From assembly GCA_977862235.1 (NCBI GenBank), contig OZ374566.1, forward strand, positions 682,001 to 746,000: a DNA stretch of 64,000 nt, read 5' to 3'. The notes beneath the pieces are model-generated. The model saw nothing but the letters and a program-made list of their open reading frames with translations, made no database searches and had not been told where the DNA came from. Source of the stretch: Dudresnaya verticillata (taxonomy: Eukaryota). The translations under genes and the position numbers were made by a program. Shown here in pieces: positions 54,768-64,000 of this stretch; within the stretch, counting starts at the first letter, position 1; the number at the start of each line of letters is the position of its first letter.

Positions 54768-57700
54768 CTACACCTCCTGTTGGATCCCTTCCATCAGGCA
54801 CTTGACGTTGTTCTGCACCAGTCGCGCTGCGTGCCTGTGGAACAGAGCCGCTCGCGAAACACCGCGAGTTACCATGGCCCGAGAAGCCACGGTATCCGCC
54901 AACTCTTGCATATACTTGTGCGCCTCCGGGTGCCAGCCGCCTAGTGTGGTCATCGGCACCGGCACAAGCCTTGCCCCCGGTCCGGCAGCCTGGATGAAGC
55001 CACGGTAAGTCCGCACCTTGTCAGCGTGGGCGTTCTTCAGCGTCCCTTGCGGGTTTGTTATGCAGATGAGAATGCGTTGTTCTGACGACAGTGGATGACT
55101 GATTGTGACGTCCAGGTAGTCCGTTCCTCCTTCTGTTCCAAGCGCCTTGATGTCCGGCCGATCCAGGTGAGCCCCCACAGGGCGGGGCTCCACAATCGGG
55201 GTGCGTGTCGCACGTTTCAGATCCGAAGCCAGCAGACGAACCTGAGAGTCGTGGCGCCACGACCGAGGAGATCCGCTGTTCCGCATGCCGTTCGGACAAA
55301 TCAGCAGATGGTCGCCGTGAACATCCATCTTCTTCTTGCACCCGGCCCGACGACACTCCGTGTCGGGTTCCAGCAGTGGAATCCGACAGTAGAATCGAAG
55401 CCATACGCGGTAGTCCCGATCCGCAATGTACGTCTTCATGCCTGGTGCCGGCTGGCACTTGAGCCAGTCCTTGGCGCCCGGCACGCCAAGGGAAGCTCGG
55501 AAAGCTTGAGTCCGCCTGTCCCCGAGCGGCAGCTCGGCCTGCACCTTCTTCAGTACCAACCGCGTCAAGTCCCGCTGGCGCGGGCACTCGTCGCTGTCGA
55601 TCTTCTCCAGGTCCAGGGCATCCTCACTATGGCACTTGGCGCTCCAGTCTTCGTGCGCTTCTACTGCAAAAGGATCGTCAGAAAGAGCAGTGTTCACAGA
55701 AGCGGGTAAGATAGAACGCAGTAAGTTGCGGGTCAGTGAAAGGGACGCCAAAAACGGGCTAGAGTTCATGTCGCCAGCTCCCGAAATACCGATTCCGAAG
55801 CTGGGCTCTTTCGTGCGCAGGGGAAGCTGAAGTTCGCGGAAGGTGTCCCTCGGTAGGACTCCTCCCACGAGTTTGCGCATGCAAGCCTCAATCTTCTGGT
55901 CGAAGAGCTCGGCACCCTTCGCCGTGGCGGATGATGGAACTACTCGCAGCAGGTAGTTCAGCCGGCAGACTCCGGCACAGTTCCGGAGTAGAGTTATGGC
56001 CACGTGTAGGTCTTCCAGTCCCGAAATTGCGTCAAGCAGTGGCTGGATGGACTCGACATGGCCATTCACGCTCTCCTCCATGTAGTTCTGCGTTCCAATC
56101 GGAGCCTGAAGTACTGTAGTGCCTTCTCCGTAGCTCTGCCCAAGATCCGACGGGTAGGCAGCGCAGTCTTCTGGGTCGGGTGCAGTAGGCCACCAAACAG
56201 TACACTTGTCCATGCGCAGGTGGAAGCCGTAGCCCTTAGCTTCCTCGGAGTCAAAGAAGGACAGAACCTTCCTGAGTACGGCGTGTTTCGCCACGATGAC
56301 GCCGTCTTCCAGGTAGAACAGTGACAGCAGCAAGTTGTTTGCTGCCTCCGCTTGCTGATTGCGGCCCTAGCGCCGCAGGTCGGCGGTGAGTTCCTTCAAC
56401 TGTTTGATCAGTGCCTGCAGCACCAAAGCAAACAGTAACGGCCCGAGCGGGTCACCTTGCTGTACACCAGTGACACTCCGCAGTAGAGTGTCACCCATCC
56501 ACAGGTGCGGGCCCTCAGAGTCATAACAGTATCTGACCCACGGTAGCAGTTCAGGCATATGTCGGCGGACCTCCTTCATGAATGCTTTGCGGCTGACAAG
56601 GTTGAAGGCATTCTTCAAGTCCACTTGTAGCAACCCGTAGGACTTGTCATGGCCGTGAGAATTCTGCAGCTTCCGGACCGCGTTTACAATGGCTTCTGTG
56701 CCGCCCGAGGTTGCGACCCCGAGCTGAAGCGGTTCGAGGTATGCCTTGGCCTTGGGAGCGACTCTGGTCATGAGCATAGAGCTCACGAGTCGTCGGATTG
56801 TCTCTCCTACAGCAATGGGGCGGACACCGCCGGTGCGCTTCTTCAGAGCCGTGAGAGGAGCGCTGGCAATCCAAGGTGACAGCTCCGCAAGTGCTGCGCC
56901 GCTGGCCAGCACGTTGACCATTTTGGTGAGCCCGCCAAGCAGGCCCGTGTGCTCGTGAGTGGTCGGGACTGAGAGCAGTTCCTGCAGATGGGTCGGTGAT
57001 AGTCCTGTGCCCCCCGAGGCCGAAGCCCGGGGGAACTTGGCCACTGCTTTTCGTACTTCGTCGGCTGTGAAAGGCACGAAGTCAGGCATGGTCGGCAGCG
57101 GTTCGGACTGGTCAAGCTCGTGGTCCGCGTCGGTTTGCGGTACGGACTGCGGGTGCTTGTCCTTCATGGACTGTATCACAGAGTCTGTGGCTGGCGCGAT
57201 TCCATCAGAGTCTAGAGCTGCTGCTGCCTTACTGTAGGCGCCCTCCTTTGCGAGGCGAAGGGCTCGTGAGGCATTGATACGGCGTTGCTCTTCTGCGGAA
57301 GGCGCAGTCTGCTCACGGAATGTCGAGCCCTTCAAGGCCTCCTGCCATAGGGCGTCGTATTCCTTGAGTCCCCAACGTCGGATTCGATCGCGGAAGGTGC
57401 CGATCGAGGACGCAGAGGTTGACGCGCTGGCCCTTGCACTCGCCGCGGGAGGATTGGACAAGACGGCTGCTGGAAAGAGCAGGAATGCAGTGAGCTCTTT
57501 GGTGGCTTCCTGAGAGTTGGTTGCGTTCATAAAAGCCCATACCGTCTTGGACAATGCGTCGCGCACCTCAGCGCGGACGCGAGACGGTATATGTGTGACC
57601 ATAGGGATATGCGAGCGACAGATATCTTCCACCGGCGGCAGAAGCTGCCCTCCTGGACCCCGCGCGGCGTGTCGGTGCGCAGTTGGTACCTCTTGAGTAG

Positions 57701-58253
57701 CAGGTACCGGTGCAGGAGGCGGCTCCTGGCTGTCCGGGATTCGTCGCGGGGCTGGCAAGATATCGTCCGCTGGCTCGCCGTCCTCGGGTTGCGTCTCCGT
57801 GACCACGTCCAGAGCAGGAGACTGTGATGGCGCGGCTACGGTTTCTTCACGGCTCGGTGTCGTCAATTGGTTGGACGGGACGTGGCAGAACGCCGGAGTG
57901 CGAGTAGCGGGACATGCGCTGCAATTCTTGTACCGCATACTGTACATGCCTTCACTGTTCATGCGGGAGCTACAGTGGGTGGGCATGTACTTGTTGTGAG
58001 TCACACAGTACCATACGCCATAGTCCAGGAGCTGCTGCTTGAGAGGCTCGATGTCGGTCCTCGTCGGTGGCCCTCGCCTGCCAGGAACATGCATCTTCCG
58101 CAGGTGCATGAGTAGCGCTTCTACAGTAGGCAGTGAGGACGACTGGCAGCCCAGAGGACAGCTGGTACTGTTTGTCGGGCGGTGTTTTGCCGAAGGCATA
58201 AAGCATGGAGAGAGCCATACCTTCGGCATGTCGGGGTGCTGCTGACCAATCAT
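54768..58253 (-). mobile_element. Non-LTR retrotransposon, CRE-like (Zn finger + RT + CCHC + restriction-like endonuclease), probably defective
   Basis: N-terminal C2H2 (CPLGC...HLRKMH). RT motifs GGVRPIAVGE..RRL, VDLKNAFN, GVQQGDPLGPLLF and YLEDG. C-terminal CRRAGC..D.HGDH..IC, RHD, RPDI and LDVT. The two listed ORFs are in the same frame, separated by TAG at 56367-56369. Confidence 0.92.
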
Positions 58254-61200
58254 GGTTACAGCGCTGGGTAAGGTACCTGTAAAGGTCCTCTACAGTAGGT
58301 TCCCACGGGGCACAGACCTCCTAACCGGGAGGCAAGCCTGTCGTCCGTCGTCAGTCTGTTCGGGACACCTCCAGAGGGTGCTACAGGTGGCCTTGCTGCG
58401 AGATGAAGGCCTCTTCGCAGCGTAGGGCGCGAGATCGCGCAATTTGCGCACGAGCTCGCGCAAAAGGGCGCGCGTGTTAGCGTTCGTGCGCGCAGAGTTA
58501 TCGGACGTTCCCTTCCCTGCCGCAGCTGAGAAGACTCTCTTCACTGCGGTCCTGTAACGCGCGGTACTTCTCGTTTGCACAAGCTCTCAATGGGGTCGCA
58601 GAACCACCGTTTACCTGTGAGTGCCCACAGGATTTTTGGCCTCCCCCGAAGGTTCGCTGGCAGGACGTTCGCTCGATCTTAGAAGGGGTGGTTTCAAAAC
58701 AGGATCCACCAGGCTTAAGCCACGTTACCCCAACTTCGACGTTGCTTGGCACGTTTCTGCGATGAGCTTGTGGGTCACGAGCCGCCTACCACTCAAGGTC
58801 GAGGGTCTTTGGCGATTCCCACACTTGTAGGTCTCTCGGCACTTCCCGAAGGAAGATTTTACAGGACAAGCCTGGCCTTTACCAATCTGTCAGTTGAAGG
58901 GTGTGAAACCCCTCTGTCGACAGTCCACGGCAGCCTAGACAGAGTCTAGGCTGTGCCGGGTACAAGCAAAACGCGGACAGGGCCAGGGAAAGAAAGATAA
59001 GTCAGTGGGGCCCGGGCAAATTTCAAGGTGAGGGATAACCTTAAAAGTAAGCGCAAAATAGGAAACGCGTGACCGTCGGCGACGACGGCGGCGGCGACGG
59101 CGGCGACGACGACGGCGTCGCGGCGCAGATCGGCGGCGCGGAAAGAGACAAAAGTAGACCGCGCTCGCCCGCCGTCAAAGGTGAAGGGCTGAAAAACCCC
59201 GCACCGACGCGCCGTCGCGCGCTCGAACAGGCGGCACCGCCGCCGAAAAGATCGGTGCAGAACTTGCTGAGAAATCTCCGAAACAAAAAATTCGGCAGAT
59301 CGCGAGGGAGTACTCCCTGGACGTGCGTGAGGGTTAACTTCAGAGGGCATGGTTACAATACTGTAGAAGTCTTGCGCAGGCAGCGAATGGCCCATATGTA
59401 AGCACACTGCATGTGCGTACAGATTGTACGGAGAGCATTGGAACTCTCGGGTCGATGACCCGTACAGACCCTTAAATGTGTGGCGACCCGGAAGGGCGAT
59501 AAATGGGGATAAAGGTCACTGTGATGAGGTGGTCGCCGTGCCGAAACTCGTCATTGCACGCTCGGTCGGGCCCCTAAGCGGAGGCAGTACTCGTCGCGTA
59601 GAATGAACTTTTTTTCTGACGCTATGAGGAATGTGATGGTTCAGTATGAAGAATATTAATTTGCTTCAGCAGACTCGGTACTTCGTTACGAGGGGTACCG
59701 GTCCATCTGATGCCCAACAGGGTATGAAGGCTCAAATGCACGTATTCAAAAACGATAAAACTAATTAAGCATCAACGAGCCATAACAAAGGCCTGTAGGA
59801 AGAGCACATACAAGACTAAAGGGGGAAAAGCTACTCGGGTGCGAACAAAGTCCTACAGACCAGGGACGATACTGTAGGCTCGCCCGTCGCCGCGGTCCAC
59901 AATGTAGCGGCGAGCCCCGGCTGCCACAAGGCCACGTTGCCAGCCTTCGTAGCATTTTCATATCCCAGAAGTCCACAGAATCTCTCTAATGTTTGTATGT
60001 TCCGCATTAACATCTACATACAGTATGAAGGTCACTCATCCAACAAGCTGTTCACATATATCCCAGAAGTCCAAAATTGCCCCGAGGTCATTCCTCCTGT
60101 AGGACAACTAACTGCCGCCGACGAAAACTGGGCCAGAGAACTAACCGCCACCAATTTGCAAATTTGGGCCTCACGACCTTCTGTTTGAACACTGTTTAAT
60201 CCATAGGAAGGTCACTACTGGAGTTGGAATGATGTGAACAGTGCAGGCAATCTCGCCCTCAGCCCACGATACAGTTGACAGTACATTCGTTCGTTCAGTG
60301 CTTGATGAACACACAAACATTAGAGAGATTCTGTGATCTGTTTGATTGATGATTTGAGCGAGCGTTCGCATGGAAAGAGCAGACACGAAGTTGCCAATAG
60401 ACATTTGCCGGTCCAGATGCTTTCCCACGCCCTGGTGGAAGGGCCCCAAGGTGTACATGTCGTTAATGGCAGTGAACTTCTCATTCAGAAGCATGAGGGC
60501 TTTCATGCTATGTCAACAAGTAGCAGTTCAGGTCCGGGGCAATAGCGTAAACTACTCAAACCTAATCTAAATAATCTAATCACACGGGCGGATGGGAGGA
60601 AAACAAAAGAGCGGAGCATGGGATGAGATCCCAGAGGTGAGACCCATTGTGGGTGGCTCCCGTGTATGAACCACAAATTTGCGCGAACGTGCAAGCACTG
60701 TCGCCCGCACACACAAGGGTCTACCCTCGGAAAATAGCGTAACCTCTCACTGCTTACAGTCTTCTCATCGCAATGCTCCCGAACATCGGGCGAACAATTT
60801 TCCCGAGTGGAACACCATTCAGTGCTGCCTTGCCTTTATACCCGGCGAAGCAGTTTCTGCATCTGTCAAATACATAATAGCTTATGAGATTTTCCCAATA
60901 TAGCATCACCTGTGTCTGGGCGCCACCGTAGTCATCGAAACATCGCAATCTACAAAGACGAAATCGACTCATGCTTCAATCTGTCGTCAATTGGTGCCCA
61001 TCCGCCGGCCTGCGAGCTGTGATTACGCAATGTTTTGCTGCAGTTATCGCATTTTCACCCAGCTCACCCGCACGGCCCAAGCAGGACAGCGCTGTCAAAC
61101 TTCTGAGGGGGTCGGCCGTCGTGTCACTAGAGAGTAGTAGAGTAGAGTGGGATTGTGGCACATCTGAACTTGTTTTGTGGGTAAAGGTCAGGTCTTTCTG

Positions 61201-61764
61201 TACAAAGGCGCAGGGGCCAGACAAATTCTTCCTACTCCTCGCATCTGCGCATTACCTGTGGTTGCCGCTTTTGAAGAGTGACGCTTCTGCATTCATCGAA
61301 GAAATCGATCGCACGCTTTGAGTCTCCCTTGTCTGCGCATTAATCTGCTCTCATGCCTCAAAATCAGAAAGAAAGAACTTCGGTGAACTCCCGCACTGAG
61401 TATTGAGTCTGTCCAATCTCCCCCTTTGAAGTACATTATTCTTCTGACCGAATGTGAGGGCAAAATACCAATACAGATTGGCCAGTCGTTGGAGGGGAAT
61501 CAGAACAAAAAGATATATAGTTCGTGGCATGGAAGCTAACTACACACTTCCGGACCTTCTAGAATCTGTCTCAGCCGCTGTTATTCTCTTGTGAGAGCCA
61601 TCCTGTGAAACGAGCGGATAGACATCAGTCATGAAAATAGCCACTGTGCATATGTCGTATCCTTCCAGTTTTTCAGAAGTCAGCTTAGTTTATCCCAATA
61701 ACGAATCACGACAAAAAAACCACACACGCAATGTACAAGAAAGAACGCTTTGCTCTTCCCCCTC

Positions 61765-62208
61765 TCACTTTCTCCTCTGTCCACCTCCTTCACCTACGTT
61801 TCGCATCGCGTCTTGAATCTCTTCCCGGAGAGCGCTTGCGTAATCATTCGCTCGCCTTCTGATACCCTCAGATTCCTAAGGTGGCAACAAGAAACCAGCA
61901 GCAGAAAGAAATGTACGAGTTGAATAAAGGTTAGCACTCCTCACACAATTTCATATCGGCGCAATTGCGGCCTGCTTGCCGCAGTACCCATCATCAGGAA
62001 TTAAACAACGCACCTTTCTCAGTTGCGTCACGCTCTCAGTTTCAGATAGGCTCTTGGCAGCTTCAGCAGCGGACTTCGTCAGCTCTTTGGCCTGTTGGGA
62101 CGTCCGAACCGCAAAACGTTGGAAGTTTGGGTTGTTCGCAAGGCCCTTGACGATAACCTCGTTCGCGAGCCATTGTGCAATTCGACCAAAGAAACCGCCA
62201 GGTCCCAT
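61765..62208 (-). CDS. Small conserved uncharacterised protein; 2 exons: 62208-62014, 61875-61765
   Basis: 'FFGRIAQWLANEVIVKGLANNPNFQRFAVRT' resembles a small conserved plant/protist family. Intron 61876-62013 (GTGCGT..GCTAAC..TAG) joins to ESEGIRRRAND...GQRRK*. Confidence 0.75.
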
Positions 62209-63070
62209 GCCGAACCAACAGAATTCAGCACCCGATTCCCTGCGGGGAGTAGCACGGTAGTGCGGTGGCCTTCTCCGCAGTTATCTGATGAGCTTCACAA
62301 ACGCTGCCTACTCCTTGGCAGGTAAGCAAATCACAGGTCTTCGTGGCGACTCTGAGGAGCACCACTTGAGTCTTGTGCGAGGGTATTCAGTGAGTCCCTC
62401 TGGTTGGGAAGGGCTGGTGTCTGGGGCGTCGACGGCCGTGCCTATCGAGCTTACGAGACCCCCACGCATGGTGCGTTTACTACAGAAATTTCTGAAAAAT
62501 AGGTTTTCCCTGAACTCTCACCAGATTGGTCGTGATGGCACTAGAGAATCCACAGGATTCATCGCACCTTCCTTTTTGAAGGCGTTGGTACTCCAGTATT
62601 GTGGGTACCATGAGTCTGCTTTCAGGCCATCCATGAAGCAGACTCGTAATGATACTTCATTTGACAAGTGAAAAACATTCATGCGGAAGCTTCATGTAGT
62701 CTGCAAATGCTTCATCTGTATGGCGTGGGCATTCAGAAGTTGTATTCCCGAAAGAAGCTTTCAGCTGAGACCGAGGCTCCATCATTGTCAGCACTATGAA
62801 CTCTGTCGTCGGCGCTATTGCAGGTGTCTTGGTACCAAGAAACAGTTTTCCGACATTCATATTGGTAGGTTTACAAGACTTGTTTTCGGCTAGTCAGAAG
62901 AGGTGAGGGCCAATGGTCAACACAAACGAAGGAGTCGGTCGCGCGTGGTACTAAAACAAACGCATGCCTTGTTCCAGATTCAAGTAGCACACTACTTGCG
63001 CTTTGATTCCAAAATATACTCAGTTTAGCGCTGGAAAGAAGAGGAGCTGGTGAATCCTGCCATCCCAAGG

Positions 63071-64000
63071 CTATGCCATTCGTATCTGATAGTCACCTGC
63101 TACCAGCTTATAGCGCACCCATGGAGAGGCAGCGTATCCTGACTTCTCGACAACCTTTAAAAACCTTACTTGCAAGCCCGATATTGTGAAGTAAGGTACT
63201 TCGAACTCCATAGTAATTGGCCTTTTCGTAGCATTCTCTCGTTCTTGATGTTTTCCAATACTGGGCAGGGAGAAGTGCCCGCGCATCACTGCGTCCCGCC
63301 CCGCCTTGAACTGTTTGAGAGACCAAACAACCGCATCTTTGTCCGGGGCATACTTGGCCTTTCCAGAAGTGCACTTGAAACTCGGGGATACAACATCGGG
63401 CAGAACAGGAACAAAGATTTTCACGTTGTTGGCAACAGCTCGTGGCTTGAGCTGTGTTCGAGCCTTCACAACGTAGTCTACGCGTGTTGGTCGCTGTTCA
63501 ATAATCGCGTCAACCCAGATTGGAGGCTTAACTTGTGTATTCAAACGATAGCTCATGAGTTCAAAAGCTCCGTCTGGAGGAATAAAGGAGATGGTGCGAT
63601 CGTTCTCGAACTTCGCTAGCCTTACGCACTGGTGGAACTTAATGTCTTCCAAATCGACGGACTTTCCCTTGCGTTCGGGGCCACCATTGGCAGCGCTAGC
63701 TTCAAACTGTAACCTGTCGTTTAGCCCGAGCTTCAAATTCGGCATACCGCTGAGATACGATTTCATCATGAGCTTCCCGATGATCTCCGAGCGTAGCAGG
63801 TTACCAGACCCCGAAACGAGAATGTTGACCTTCTCGATGACATCGAGAAAGACTTCGTTTCTAGAGTGTTTGATTCCTTCGCTTCTCCAACTTACGGCGT
63901 TCGTCGCTGCCACGGGAAGCCCGGTAGATTCGGAAACACGGTAATCTTGAGTGATGTACTGCCGCAATATCTTCGATTCCGAAATCTGTGGAAACCCAAA
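63071..64000 (-). CDS. AP1M: AP-1 adaptor complex mu subunit, 5' part outside window
   Basis: TNAVSWRSEGIK..NEVFLDVIE, YLSGMP.LKLGLND, DIKFHQCVRL, SFIPPDG.F.LM.YR, FEVPYFT.SG.QVR.LK and PWVRY. Confidence 0.95.
   Translation of the reverse strand, partial: FGFPQISESKILRQYITQDYRVSESTGLPVAATNAVSWRSEGIKHSRNEVFLDVIEKVNILVSGSGNLLRSEIIGKLMMKSYLSGMPNLKLGLNDRLQFEASAANGGPERKGKSVDLEDIKFHQCVRLAKFENDRTISFIPPDGAFELMSYRLNTQVKPPIWVDAIIEQRPTRVDYVVKARTQLKPRAVANNVKIFVPVLPDVVSPSFKCTSGKAKYAPDKDAVVWSLKQFKAGRDAVMRGHFSLPSIGKHQERENATKRPITMEFEVPYFTISGLQVRFLKVVEKSGYAASPWVRYKLVAGDYQIRMA

Noticed and set aside
58300..58360. Hammerhead ribozyme (CTGACGA on the minus strand)
   Set aside because: No GAAA core after a stem II, so the pattern is incomplete.
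58480..58565. Twister ribozyme (TAACTCTGC / GTTACAGGACCGC)
   Set aside because: Lacks the AAGC loop and the GAG plus pseudoknot partner.
62400..62860. 'LLHGWPE' fragment on the minus strand suggesting an epoxide hydrolase or gypsy remnant
   Set aside because: An isolated short match bounded by stops, with no supporting motifs.

Overview
This is eukaryotic nuclear DNA, not prokaryotic. It is gene-dense and intron-poor, with short GT-AG introns carrying CTRAC branch points and several plastid-targeted genes. That pattern fits a florideophyte red alga such as Chondrus or Gracilaria (inference only). About 30 protein-coding genes are supportable: an OSCA/TMEM63 channel (5' truncated), DEAD-box helicase, archease, SBPase, GGCT, RIO2, organellar RF1, Josephin, phytoene synthase, LQY1-like, 2OG-Fe(II) oxygenase, eIF2A, PAT1, DFRP1/TMA46-like, HIT4-like, WDR70, MTH1-like, SLD5, PPCS, DPH2, Sec14, nucleolin-like, EgtD-like, AP-1 mu (5' truncated) and several hypothetical proteins. 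One CRE-type RT+RLE non-LTR retroelement (~54.7-59 kb) has an in-frame stop, a YLED active site and a strongly structured 5' leader. The most notable observations are a compact SHLD2-like OB/Zn protein, a possible alpha-pore-forming-toxin-like helical protein, a DFRP1 lacking its zinc fingers, an LQY1 homolog in an apparent alga, an MTH1 with altered specificity residues, poly(C) tracts just upstream of start codons, and an enriched TACTGTAG motif. All family calls are by-eye motif recognition; no database searches were run. No tRNA, rRNA or CRISPR array was seen.
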